A stretch of DNA of 64,000 nucleotides, taken from the IMG/VR virus record IMGVR_UViG_3300008107_007821, positions 7,461 to 71,460 of that record; one strand, 5' to 3'. The translations under genes and the position numbers were made by a program. Shown here piece by piece: positions 1 to 10,138 of the stretch (positions are counted from its first letter, which is position 1; every line of letters starts with the position of its first letter). This DNA comes from a virus. The notes below the pieces were generated by a model that worked only from the letters and a program-made list of their open reading frames with translations, made no database searches and was not told where the DNA came from.

Positions 1-130
1 TTCCAGTATTAGAAACTTGAGCATACAGGACAATGCTAGTATAACCAGTTTTGGTGGTGTAAATTCCAACATTAGTAGTTGAAACTACACCAGTAATTGT
101 TTTATATTGATTTAAAGGTTGTTGAGCCAT
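1..130 (-). CDS. 5' part of a small virion/structural-cluster protein (runs off window start)
   Basis: ATG at 128-130 just downstream of the 137..3820 stop; reads MAQQPLNQYKTITGVVSTTNVGIYTTKTGYTSIVLYAQVSNTG, open to the window edge. Confidence 0.6.
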   Translation of the reverse strand, partial: MAQQPLNQYKTITGVVSTTNVGIYTTKTGYTSIVLYAQVSNTG

Positions 131-136
131 AATAGG

Positions 137-3100
137 TTACTGTTGAAGGGCAATGATTAATGGTGTAACTTCTGCCTGCAAACTCTTACTGAATGCTTGT
201 CCACTAATAGTTCCAGTATTTTGGTTAATAGTAATACCTTCACTAATTCTAAAGTCACCACTTTGGTCTGTGCTGGTAAATGGAACTTTACCACCATTAG
301 TGGCTACCACTTGATTTTCGTCAATTGGAACTGCTCCTTTAGAAGGAATTGCATTAACAATATCTGTTCCTGTACCTATATATTCAAAAGTAATACTACT
401 TGCAATAATTTTACTTGATTGATAGAAGTATACTGATGCTCCTACAGAGACAAGAGGAGAATAAGTAATAAATTCATCAAATACAACAGTTGTAGTACCA
501 CCTGCTGAAACTGAGGTTGCAGAAACTGGGTTAAAGAAGTATGGTTCTAATATTGCAGTAGCTGTTGCTGTTGTTCCAATTCCTGGTCCAATTGCTGGAG
601 GAGGAGCTATAGTTACTGTTGGGGGTGAAGTTGTTGCATAACCAGTTCCAGAAACTAAGATTTCAATACCAGTAATTGTTCCACCTGCTCCAATATTATC
701 TTCAAAGATAGCAGCTTCTGCTGGAATAAACAGATCTACATTTTCTGGAAGGTCTATTGTTACTTCTACAGGAGATGCTGGATCATATCCATATCCAGGA
801 TTTGTAATTTCAAAACCACTTACAAAATAATACTGAGTTCCAATAACTGCAATTTGTCCATCATAAGGTCTTTGTCCTTTTGGAAGTATTAATGCAGGGG
901 CAGCACCAGTTCCAATACCAATGATTGAAGTAATAATGCCTGCTCTTGATGCAATAAAATCATCAGTTAATGGAGAGGTTGTCATTCCAGAAACTATTAC
1001 CTGAGGATAGCTTCCAATACCAGACTGATAACTTACATTTACGGGGATATTTTGAATCAGATATGTAGATATTCCTGAAATAAATTGAATTGAAGCAATT
1101 TCTGCTTGCTTAACATATCCAGTAGATAATCCTGTTGGGGGTGGTGAAGTTTCATTCAAGTATGTTAAAGATCCATCCTCAGAATCTCTATATCCTAATC
1201 CAGCATTAATTGAATTTCCATTGCCTAATGTTAAAATATCTGAGCAGATTGCTTCTACAATAATTTTAGAATCTCTTCTGCAGAATTCTCTTCCCTTTAC
1301 TGAACCACCATAATCAAATGCAGTTCCTGCAGCACCAAAAGGTCCACTTGTGGATGTAATAAATCCTACAACCTCAGAAGCAATAAATTCTTTATTTTGT
1401 CTTAAAATATTAACTGCATCTTTAAATTCTTGAGATGCACCAACACCAACATTAATTACCAGTCTATCTACATTTTCACCTACTGGTTCTTCTGCTACTG
1501 TTCCAACATACTGCAGTGGTGTAGCACCATTTGAAACTAATCCAAAATTACCAAATGATGAGTTTGAGTTGTTGAGGTCACAAACACCACCAGTATCACA
1601 GAATACTGCAGTATCACAGCAAATTGTAAATAGTGAAACTAACTGAGCATATCCAAAGTTGGTGATTGATACCCCAATGCCACCTTGATTATATTGAGTA
1701 TAGGCATCAAGAACCATGGATTTAAATCCACCTGCTCTATTGCCATCAATCCTCATTCCAATACTGTCTGGAACAAAGTTTGTACAATTCTGTACATATG
1801 GTGACTGCCAGTTCTGTTCAGTTCCATCAGCATATCCATATCCCATTGTTGGGAATGAAACCATTGCTTTTCCTGGATTGCTTGGTCCCACAAAGGACAT
1901 CTGTGCAACATAGCATCCTCTCTTTACATAGAAGAGGTCAGTTAGATCTCTAGTAGTAACAAGAGTTCTTCTTAAATCTTCTCCAACAACTGCAACTCTT
2001 TCGTTCAAACTAATAGGACCATCTTCAACATATAAACCAGCATATACTCTAATAGTATCTCCAGGTTCTGCTATAGATGCTGCTTTTTTAATTGTTAAGA
2101 AAGCATCTCCAGGACCAGTTCCTCCATTACTGTCACTGCCTAACTTATTAACAAACCACTCATTTCCAATTCTAGGTCCTGGTGGTTGCCAGGTTAACTC
2201 ACCTGCAGGATAGTTAATGTTTGGTGCAGATGCAGTTCCTAATCCAATGATTGAAGTAATTATTCCAACACAGGATGCAACTGCAGAAACTACATTTGCA
2301 CATCCATTTGGATTTGTATTTGAATCTCCATCTCCAATAATTTCAGTATCAATCAGTTGAGTAATGCTGGATATACCAGATTGGAAAGATATTGGTAGTG
2401 GAGAATTGTTAACTACATACTGGGCAATATTTGCTATTCGTCCAATACCTGCAAGTGTTGCTACCTTTACATAATCAGCACCAAGTATTGCTTCAGTAGC
2501 AGGATTTGGGTCTAAATGCTGAAGAGTTGGTCCGTCATAATAAGATAAACCTGCTCCTACTGACTGTGAATTTCCACCTCTGGAAATATCAAAAGCAATA
2601 GAATCAACAATTAACCCAATGTCCCTTTTACACTTTGATGGTCCATTGACAAGTCCTGCAAGTCCATAATCAAATAATGGACCATTAGATCCAAAGGGTC
2701 CACTTGTTGAAGTAATAAATCCTACAACTTCATTGGCAATAAATTCTTTGTTTCTAACAAGAAGATTGGAAGCATCAATAAATCTTCCACTAATTCCTAA
2801 TGCTTGAGATCCAAGAACTGAATATGCATATCCTACATTATTATTAGAGTCTATTACTTCTCCTCTGACTCTCAAATCACCAGCGATATCTACTGTTCTG
2901 GTGGGTGTTAATGTATTGATACCAATGATTGGTTGAATTGTCTTCAGAAGAGTGTTATCTAATGAAGTTACTGTAGTGATACCAAAATTAGATGCTCTTG
3001 CTAAAGTTCCACCAATACCAATATCTAACTTAGCAGTTGTTGTAATACCAGTAACTAAAAGATTTTCAATGGTAGAAATGCCAACATACTCATTAGTAAT

Positions 3101-3820
3101 AGTGGCAAAACCTATAGTTGCAACACCAATATAAGCATTGGTAATAGTAGCAAAACCTATAGTGGAAATTCCTACTCTCTCATTAGTGATACTGGCAAAA
3201 CCTATAGTTGCAACACCAATATAAGCATTGGTAATAGTTGCAAGTCCAGTAACTCTAAGATCACCATCAATATCTACATCATATAATGGAGTTAATTGAT
3301 TAACACCAAGATAACCCTCATTGGTTAAAACTACACTTTGACCAGTGGATTTGCCTTTAAATTCAAAATCTCTTGCTGGAAGTCTTGTTCCAATACCAAC
3401 AGAACCTACTCCAGTGATAACTACATTATCAGTAGATCCTACTCCAAGAAATTCAAACTTTTGAGTGGGATTTACAAGTCCAATACCAAATGAACCAAAA
3501 CCAGTTACTGCAACTGTTTCGCTTGGGGTGTCATTAATTTGAAGAATTTGTGTTGGATCTGTTATTGCAAGACCAACACCTCCTGTAAATATACCAACTC
3601 CTCTTACATCAAGTCTTTGGTATGGATCTGTTGTTCCTATACCAATTCTATTATCAACTAAAACATTATTTTCTGAAAAAATATCACCAGCAACATCTAA
3701 AGTGTAATCTCCTTGAGATTTACCTATGGATACTTGCTGATCTGCAACACTAGCATATAAAGTATCTGTCCCTACACCTAAACCAGTTTTAACCTTAAAA
3801 AAAGTATCTTGTGATGGCAT
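137..3820 (-). CDS. Large tail-fibre/tailspike-like virion protein with GIGT-type repeats, a beta-helix-like region and two phycobiliprotein-like helical domains
   Basis: 1227 aa; N-terminal (V/I)GIGTxxP..LD(V/I)xG repeats; WFVNKLGSDSNGGTGPGDAFLTIKKAA...GDTIRVYAGLY beta-helix cap motif; duplicated NKEFIA.EVVGFITSTSGPFG...C.RD domain; late-promoter motif upstream. Confidence 0.75.
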   Translation of the reverse strand: MPSQDTFFKVKTGLGVGTDTLYASVADQQVSIGKSQGDYTLDVAGDIFSENNVLVDNRIGIGTTDPYQRLDVRGVGIFTGGVGLAITDPTQILQINDTPSETVAVTGFGSFGIGLVNPTQKFEFLGVGSTDNVVITGVGSVGIGTRLPARDFEFKGKSTGQSVVLTNEGYLGVNQLTPLYDVDIDGDLRVTGLATITNAYIGVATIGFASITNERVGISTIGFATITNAYIGVATIGFATITNEYVGISTIENLLVTGITTTAKLDIGIGGTLARASNFGITTVTSLDNTLLKTIQPIIGINTLTPTRTVDIAGDLRVRGEVIDSNNNVGYAYSVLGSQALGISGRFIDASNLLVRNKEFIANEVVGFITSTSGPFGSNGPLFDYGLAGLVNGPSKCKRDIGLIVDSIAFDISRGGNSQSVGAGLSYYDGPTLQHLDPNPATEAILGADYVKVATLAGIGRIANIAQYVVNNSPLPISFQSGISSITQLIDTEIIGDGDSNTNPNGCANVVSAVASCVGIITSIIGLGTASAPNINYPAGELTWQPPGPRIGNEWFVNKLGSDSNGGTGPGDAFLTIKKAASIAEPGDTIRVYAGLYVEDGPISLNERVAVVGEDLRRTLVTTRDLTDLFYVKRGCYVAQMSFVGPSNPGKAMVSFPTMGYGYADGTEQNWQSPYVQNCTNFVPDSIGMRIDGNRAGGFKSMVLDAYTQYNQGGIGVSITNFGYAQLVSLFTICCDTAVFCDTGGVCDLNNSNSSFGNFGLVSNGATPLQYVGTVAEEPVGENVDRLVINVGVGASQEFKDAVNILRQNKEFIASEVVGFITSTSGPFGAAGTAFDYGGSVKGREFCRRDSKIIVEAICSDILTLGNGNSINAGLGYRDSEDGSLTYLNETSPPPTGLSTGYVKQAEIASIQFISGISTYLIQNIPVNVSYQSGIGSYPQVIVSGMTTSPLTDDFIASRAGIITSIIGIGTGAAPALILPKGQRPYDGQIAVIGTQYYFVSGFEITNPGYGYDPASPVEVTIDLPENVDLFIPAEAAIFEDNIGAGGTITGIEILVSGTGYATTSPPTVTIAPPPAIGPGIGTTATATAILEPYFFNPVSATSVSAGGTTTVVFDEFITYSPLVSVGASVYFYQSSKIIASSITFEYIGTGTDIVNAIPSKGAVPIDENQVVATNGGKVPFTSTDQSGDFRISEGITINQNTGTISGQAFSKSLQAEVTPLIIALQQ
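3070..3245 (-). repeat. Coding tandem repeat (30-nt subunits, 90-nt higher-order period) in the fibre gene
   Basis: ggcaaaacctatagttgcaacaccaatataagcattggtaatagt at ~3104-3148 and ~3194-3238; protein ATITNAYIGVATIGF(A/S)xITNE occurs twice. Confidence 0.85.
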
Positions 3821-3850
3821 TGGGTTCCACTATCCCCCTGTCTATAAAGT

Positions 3851-3858
3851 TATTTATT
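3851..3858 (-). promoter_or_regulatory. T4-type late promoter (AATAAATA)
   Basis: TAAATA on the - strand ~30 nt upstream of the 3820 start. Confidence 0.6.
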
Positions 3859-3869
3859 AAATGTTTTAA

Positions 3870-6800
3870 TTAACCATATACAACAAAGTAAATAACTTGA
3901 GTATCAGTTTCATCATTATTCTCTTTAGGATCAAATGTTCTAATAGCAAATTGTCCATTTCCTGGTGAAGCATCTGCATCTATGGAACAAATGTGATCAC
4001 TGTCCTCTACTCCAGCATTGGCAATTACGATAAATTGCTCATTTGCCCAAGTTGATTCTCCAGCACCAGGAGTATTTGTATTTGAATTATTTTGAAGTTT
4101 ATTTACCATAGTGAATAAGTATCTTCCTTTGGCAGTTCTTTGTACAGAAACTTCTACATTACCTCCATATTCTACTTCAGGAGGATCATTGGGAGTCACG
4201 TCTGGATCACCATTTATCATTTTACCCCAAGCTCTTGCACCAAAAACTGGTGCAGTATCTTGTTGCCCACCATTCAATTTTGCCGCGCTCACTGCACCAT
4301 TTCTAATTTTTGAAGTAGTTACTGCTTCTGATCCATTAGTACCATCCAATTTATCAGTTGTTACTGCTCCATTTGCTAAAGCATGAGTATGACTATTAGA
4401 TGTGGTAGAGTTAGTTGAAGAGTTAGTAATGCTACTTGGTGTTCCTAAATCTACAACAACACTAGTACTATTATCAAATGCAGCTCCAGTTAGTCCTTCT
4501 CCAAATGAAAGATTATTTTCAAGAGGACCACTGAAAGTTGTAGAGGTTACAGTTCCTTCTGTGGTTATATCACCTTCTACTGTCAATTCTCCTTTGACTG
4601 TTAAATCATTGGTAGTTACATCTGCAGTTGAAGCATCTAATGTCTTATTAACTGTCAAATAGTTAACTGTTAACTCATCAATAAAGTTGTCTTCTTCTCC
4701 TGGACCACTAACTGTAATTTCTTCGCCAGTAGTAGCATCAAATTTCTTTCTGCCAATGAAGAATTCACCATTGCTGTTCATTCCAGTGTAAACAACTAAA
4801 CCACCATGAGATGGAAGTGCCTGAGAAATAAGAACTTCATCATTAGATAACACTCTATCTTGGTTTGTTGGCATACCAGTTGAATAGTTGCCAGGACCAA
4901 ATCCAGTGTATTCAAAAGTATGACCAGATGCTCTCAAGATAGAATTTCTTCTAAGTTCAACTGGGAATACTTTAATTTTTCTAATTAGAGAGTTGATTAA
5001 GTGCTCAGTTGCTACTGTTCCTAAGACACCTCTAATGACAGTAATTGCTGATCCACTAACTCTGGTGATAAGAAGAATTTCATCATCAATTTGAATAAAA
5101 TCACCTTTATTAAATCCTGATGTAGAAATTATAGATATCTGTGTTTCTGTAGTGTTTACATTTTCATCACAATATGCTATCAATCCATCAGTTACTACAA
5201 ATTGTCTGGTAGAAATATTTTCTAATGCTGCATTGGTATCTCTAACTTGGGATGTTAATCCTGATGGATATACACTTAATGCTCCTGATGCATCTCCTTC
5301 AACTGTGAAGGTAGTAACTGAGGAAACACTTTGGACAACAAATGTTCCGATAACACCTTCAAATATTACACCATTTCCAGGTAAGTATGGGTGATATGCA
5401 TTTAATGTGCTGTTTGTTGTTATTGTTGTGATATTTGTTCCTGCATTATAAGATGCACTTATAATGGATTGTTTTGGAATTGAGAATACTGCAACCACAG
5501 ATGACACTGCAGATAATGAGGTCTCTGCATTTCCTGATGAATTAGTATATGTAATAGTATCATAAGTTACTGAAGTAATGGGGAATACTCCATTATTTCC
5601 TTCATATCTTGATCCAAGAATTTGTATGCATCCTAAATCCCCAGGGGTTAGTACTGAAACTGTGCATGTAGTAGCATTGACTGATCCAGGTATTCCTCTA
5701 AGGGTAAGAGAATCTGATAATGCATATCCACTACCAGGGTTCATAACAGTAACTGATGTCACTGTTCCACCAGAAACAACTACCTTTGCAGTAGCATTTC
5801 TTCCAGTTCCACCACAAAGAGGAATGTCGTAGTAGGTTCCATTATCATATCCAGATCCAGCAGAAGCAATGCTTAAGGTTCTTACCCCATTGAGTCCATG
5901 ATTGACTTTTGTGTAAACAGTGCAGTTGGTTCCGGATTTAGTGATTGATGTGATACCAACACCACCATTAAAATCTTTCAAATACTGAATTGCAGTCTCT
6001 TTGGTTGAACTATTATAAGAGCTGTTAATGTCAACTTTACCAATTAAAGATCTAGATGCTGCTGTAATTGTTGCTTCTGGATCTGAAGTAATGTTATCAT
6101 AATCAATCTTAGGATAGATATTATCTAAACTTTGAGATAACTTATAAGAAGTACTATCAAATGGAGAAGCTGCTGGAACATTCTTAAACACATTGGGAAT
6201 AATGTGATAAACACCATCAGAGGTTCCTTCTTTGTACCTCTGAATTACCTTTATCTTATAGATCTGATGATCATTTGATGTTTCTTCACAAGTAAAGAAG
6301 GGAAGTTCACTTCTATTTGAAGAAAGAATTGTATAAGGTGCAACTCTATATGTTGAAGATGAGCAGTTTCTTACATCTAACCAAGATGCTGTAGATGTAG
6401 TTACTGTAGATATTCCACCAGGGTTTCTATCTATTGTATATGTGAATTGAATATCACTTACAACTGAAGCAACTTCAAATTCTCCATTAAATCCAGTTCC
6501 AGTTCCTAATCCAATTGGAGAAGGTTCTGCATTACTACTTAAGTTATTAATCTTAATTTTATTTCCTTGTTCAAGACCATGGGGTTTGGATGTAACTACA
6601 GTTGCAGTTCCTCCATTGTACCAAGCATCTACTATAATTCCAGAATTTCTGACAAGACCAATTCTATTATCATCTAATGGATTTAATTCTGAATTGTTAT
6701 CTGTGCCAAAAGTTGAATCTAATTCTGTTGAAGACTTTTGGATGATGAATCCTGAGGTTGGTTCAGATGCATTTGGTGATTCCTTAGGAATCACATATCT

Positions 6801-9077
6801 GTATCTGTATACCTTATCATCCAGACTTCTAGCATCAATTTTTCTCTTAATATAAGTGATTGGATCATCACCATCTTCTAAGTTATCAATAAAGGGTTCA
6901 TCTTCTTCTATTTGTATGTACCATCTACCAGCAGTAGAATCCCATTGGATGGGATTTCCTGGATTTCCTGGAGTGGAGTCTATAACTGAACTGACTAATT
7001 GAAGATTTCCTGAAGGAGTGATTCCTACTGTGGTTGTGATTGCTATTGCATTACCAGTTCCAACATCCTTTAAACTTCCACAAAGTTTAACTGAGTTAGC
7101 AGATGGAATGGACTCCACATAGTAAACTTTATCATGCTCCAATCCATCAGGAAGAATTGCATTTCTTGCTGTTACTTTTACTGCTTGTCCAACAGACAGT
7201 GCACTAACATTTGCAGTTGCAGTTATGGTGTTAGATGCAATGCTAGAAATGGTGTACTTAGTTTCGTAGTTTGGACTTATGGTAGCCTGTCTTTCTGTAT
7301 TGGCATCAAGATAATATAACTTATCTGCATCCTTTGCACCTATGAAATAGGTTTTAACCTTAGGATTTGGTGGGGTGAACTGATCATCATAGTTCTTCAG
7401 ATAAACTCTAGTATTTCCATTACTAGTTGCTTCATCTTTTGTTAATTCAGCATCTATTACAAATGTATTGATATTAAAGTCATTCTCTACTATCTCTTTT
7501 GGAGGAATAATATGAGTTATGAAACCATGATTATCCTTGGAGAGATTAAAGTCTTTAAATCCTTTGGAGTAAAGTGAAATAGATCCAAAGTTTGAGTTGG
7601 AGTTGGTGATGGATTGATCTCCACCAGAATCTGCTACAAATTGCTTTGCATATCCAATGGCAAAGATTGAAACACACTGAACAAATGCATTATTAGATGC
7701 TTTTATGTGGAAACTTTCCCACTCAGGTCTATAAATTGACTTTGAATCTTGGTGGAGTGAATAAAGGTTGCCCCACTGATCTTGATTTTTATATGTTCCT
7801 GTTGTCTCATCATACCTTACAAATGCTCTATCATCTTTCTGAAGTGAAATACCAGTGAACTGCGCAGTTACCATGCTTCTGAATCCAGTAGCTTTGGATC
7901 CATCAGCGTGCATACCATTCATCCCAAAAACTGATTTCAAACTACAGTTAAAGATGTATGGTGAACTTGAATTAACTGTATCAGAAAGAACTCTTACTGT
8001 GGAATCAGTAACATCTGGTGCTGCAGTAGAAGTTGGAATTGAAGGAAGTAAATAAGTGAATGATGTTGTGCTTATAACTTGGAACACAACAAAGGATCCA
8101 TTATATTCTGCTTCTGCTATCAGAGAATCAGTTCCAACACCAGATACTTGTATCGGAGCAAAAGGTGTTAATCCATGCTCATCTTCTGTAGTTACTGTAA
8201 TTGTTCTATTTGCAGTAACTCCATCCCCAGAAATAACACTCTGGATATTAATGACACCTTGACCAAGTTCTCCAACAATCTGATTCTCTTCTGGAGATGG
8301 TTGAAGGTTTGTTGTAGTATCAGGTATTTCTCTTCCCGAAAGTGGTCCAAATGCAAGAACTAATTTATAGTAATATGTTTCTAAATCTGTAAATGGACAC
8401 TGTACGCCATCTTTTGTATAAAGATTTGTATCATCTGCATATTCAAATGCAGTCAATTTGTGGTGAGAATATGATGGAGATACTCTATTTGTAGAATAAG
8501 TGTTAAAAACTGTTCCTAATGGATCTCCATCAAAAATTGTAAATCCATAGATGTATGAACTTCCAGTTACCTTAAAGATAGCAGTTGATGGGAAATTATC
8601 ATTTGCAGGATCAGGAACATATCTTGGTCTGATCTTAGTTTTTCTTAAATCAGTTGCAACTAAGGAAACACCTCTAGGGACTATAACGCCACCATCAACG
8701 CTATTATACAGATACAAAACATTATCTGTATTATCAATGTTAAAATCAGTATTAACAGAAAACTGAACTATAGACTTTGTTACATTATTGGCATCTTTCA
8801 GCACAGAACCATTGTAATATAATCCAGGTCTATTATCAATATAGTGAGTACCTGGAGAAATTAAAATAGTGGTCTGGTCAAATGTGTCGTTGTTTGATCC
8901 AGGAATATATGAAAATCTAGCTGCCTCAATTAAAGCTCTTTGGATGGTCTTAAATGGTCTAGTTCTAGAATTACCTCTATTCTCAATAGAATCTGTAGAG
9001 TCTAATTCATTAGGATCAACATAAATTGTATTACCACTGAGATTTTTTAAGAAATTCTCTAATCTAGCTAAAGGCAT
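3870..9077 (-). CDS. Very large virion structural protein (cyanophage MPLxRLENFLKN family, fibre/baseplate-associated)
   Basis: 1735 aa; N-terminal IYVDP...RPFKTIQRALIEAARFSY beta-helix cap; repeated VTT..HGL modules; C-terminal ARAW...RTAKGRY fibre-tip-like motif. Confidence 0.75.
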   Translation of the reverse strand: MPLARLENFLKNLSGNTIYVDPNELDSTDSIENRGNSRTRPFKTIQRALIEAARFSYIPGSNNDTFDQTTILISPGTHYIDNRPGLYYNGSVLKDANNVTKSIVQFSVNTDFNIDNTDNVLYLYNSVDGGVIVPRGVSLVATDLRKTKIRPRYVPDPANDNFPSTAIFKVTGSSYIYGFTIFDGDPLGTVFNTYSTNRVSPSYSHHKLTAFEYADDTNLYTKDGVQCPFTDLETYYYKLVLAFGPLSGREIPDTTTNLQPSPEENQIVGELGQGVINIQSVISGDGVTANRTITVTTEDEHGLTPFAPIQVSGVGTDSLIAEAEYNGSFVVFQVISTTSFTYLLPSIPTSTAAPDVTDSTVRVLSDTVNSSSPYIFNCSLKSVFGMNGMHADGSKATGFRSMVTAQFTGISLQKDDRAFVRYDETTGTYKNQDQWGNLYSLHQDSKSIYRPEWESFHIKASNNAFVQCVSIFAIGYAKQFVADSGGDQSITNSNSNFGSISLYSKGFKDFNLSKDNHGFITHIIPPKEIVENDFNINTFVIDAELTKDEATSNGNTRVYLKNYDDQFTPPNPKVKTYFIGAKDADKLYYLDANTERQATISPNYETKYTISSIASNTITATANVSALSVGQAVKVTARNAILPDGLEHDKVYYVESIPSANSVKLCGSLKDVGTGNAIAITTTVGITPSGNLQLVSSVIDSTPGNPGNPIQWDSTAGRWYIQIEEDEPFIDNLEDGDDPITYIKRKIDARSLDDKVYRYRYVIPKESPNASEPTSGFIIQKSSTELDSTFGTDNNSELNPLDDNRIGLVRNSGIIVDAWYNGGTATVVTSKPHGLEQGNKIKINNLSSNAEPSPIGLGTGTGFNGEFEVASVVSDIQFTYTIDRNPGGISTVTTSTASWLDVRNCSSSTYRVAPYTILSSNRSELPFFTCEETSNDHQIYKIKVIQRYKEGTSDGVYHIIPNVFKNVPAASPFDSTSYKLSQSLDNIYPKIDYDNITSDPEATITAASRSLIGKVDINSSYNSSTKETAIQYLKDFNGGVGITSITKSGTNCTVYTKVNHGLNGVRTLSIASAGSGYDNGTYYDIPLCGGTGRNATAKVVVSGGTVTSVTVMNPGSGYALSDSLTLRGIPGSVNATTCTVSVLTPGDLGCIQILGSRYEGNNGVFPITSVTYDTITYTNSSGNAETSLSAVSSVVAVFSIPKQSIISASYNAGTNITTITTNSTLNAYHPYLPGNGVIFEGVIGTFVVQSVSSVTTFTVEGDASGALSVYPSGLTSQVRDTNAALENISTRQFVVTDGLIAYCDENVNTTETQISIISTSGFNKGDFIQIDDEILLITRVSGSAITVIRGVLGTVATEHLINSLIRKIKVFPVELRRNSILRASGHTFEYTGFGPGNYSTGMPTNQDRVLSNDEVLISQALPSHGGLVVYTGMNSNGEFFIGRKKFDATTGEEITVSGPGEEDNFIDELTVNYLTVNKTLDASTADVTTNDLTVKGELTVEGDITTEGTVTSTTFSGPLENNLSFGEGLTGAAFDNSTSVVVDLGTPSSITNSSTNSTTSNSHTHALANGAVTTDKLDGTNGSEAVTTSKIRNGAVSAAKLNGGQQDTAPVFGARAWGKMINGDPDVTPNDPPEVEYGGNVEVSVQRTAKGRYLFTMVNKLQNNSNTNTPGAGESTWANEQFIVIANAGVEDSDHICSIDADASPGNGQFAIRTFDPKENNDETDTQVIYFVVYG

Positions 9078-9110
9078 TTCAGATTATCCTTCGTTTATTT
9101 TCTTCTGTCT

Positions 9111-9126
9111 TATTTATCAATAAATA
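9111..9126. promoter_or_regulatory. Back-to-back divergent late promoters
   Basis: TATTTAT-CA-ATAAATA palindrome gives ATAAATA on both strands between divergent ORFs 9077(-) and 9150(+). Confidence 0.65.
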
Positions 9127-9149
9127 AGATTATTAGGATTTTTTGACTG

Positions 9150-9896
9150 ATGGCAATAAGCACAGAAAGAGAAGAATTGCTTAAATTTTATGAGCAGAAG
9201 ATTAAATTAGATAAACAGCAGTTAACTCAGATAGAAGTTATAGAGGCAGGATATATCATTGATGCAAAAAATGGCGATACTCCCATCAAAATGTGGGGTC
9301 CAAATGAGTTAATTTCATACTTTGATGTGCCTATTGAAAGTTTAGATACAGAAATTGTATCCATCAATGATGAAATTAGAGACTTGCAAGATTTGGTGCT
9401 CCAAATAGGTCAAGAAGCAAATTCAGTTGGATGTGGAACTACTGCTTGGTCTGTTGGTTTCACTTCAATCACTGTAACTAGAGATCAATCAAGATATAGA
9501 GGTTATTCATATACTTCCCCTAACCCATTTTCTGGAATTGATGGTGTTTTAAATTCTGGAAATGCTGGAATAGGAACCCAGGATTACATTAACCCTGTGT
9601 CTATTGGAACATACTTTGGTCCAATTAATACTTGCAATAATCTATTCCTATGTACCAGTGAATTATGTACTGGATATGCAACTTCTATTACAAATATAAA
9701 TTCTCAAATTTCTGATTTGCAAGATGAAAGGGATGATTTAATTGTTAAAGTTAATGATTTTAAAATAAAAAGAATAGACTTTGAATTGCAGAATTATGCT
9801 TACACTGCATCTAAACAAAAACTCAACACTCAGATAGGAATTGCAAGTGCTGCTATAGAATTCCTAAATGATCCAGCAAATGAACAGTGGTTCTAA
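9150..9896 (+). CDS. Hypothetical coiled-coil protein, probably late/structural
   Basis: 248 aa ORF, heptad-like segments, AGGA RBS, late-promoter motif upstream. Confidence 0.7.
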   Translation: MAISTEREELLKFYEQKIKLDKQQLTQIEVIEAGYIIDAKNGDTPIKMWGPNELISYFDVPIESLDTEIVSINDEIRDLQDLVLQIGQEANSVGCGTTAWSVGFTSITVTRDQSRYRGYSYTSPNPFSGIDGVLNSGNAGIGTQDYINPVSIGTYFGPINTCNNLFLCTSELCTGYATSITNINSQISDLQDERDDLIVKVNDFKIKRIDFELQNYAYTASKQKLNTQIGIASAAIEFLNDPANEQWF

Positions 9897-9904
9897 AAAA
9901 CTAT

Positions 9905-9944
9905 AGGGGCATTTTTTACCTAGAAATTTTTTTGCCCCTTTTTT
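9905..9944 (+). terminator. Possible terminator between convergent units
   Basis: AGGGGCA...TGCCCCT inverted repeat followed by a T-run; the loop is long. Confidence 0.4.
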
Positions 9945-9967
9945 GGAATAAAAAGTCAATTTTGAAA

Positions 9968-10051
9968 TAGGAGAGGGGGGACTTGAACCCCCACGGGATT
10001 GCTCCCAACAGATTTTAAGTCTGGTGTGTCTACCAATTCCACCACACTCCC
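9968..10051 (-). tRNA. trnL: tRNA-Leu(UAA)
   Basis: GGGAGTGTGGTGGAATTGGTAGACACACCAGACTTAAAATCTG...GGTTCAAGTCC; TAA anticodon, long variable arm. Confidence 0.9.
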
Positions 10052-10109
10052 AAATAAGGACTTACATAACTTAAAAGTTAATGCCTTTGCACTTCCTTCA
10101 CACCTTATT

Positions 10110-10138
10110 ATCTTACTATAAACTCAACCTCTTGTCAA
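10110..10138 (-). promoter_or_regulatory. Sigma70-like promoter upstream of tRNA-Leu
   Basis: TTGACA-17 nt-TAAGAT. Confidence 0.65.

Noticed and set aside
3070-3245. Spaced direct repeats as a possible CRISPR array or DGR template
   Set aside because: There are only two to three in-frame coding copies, no unique spacers, and no cas or reverse transcriptase gene in the window.
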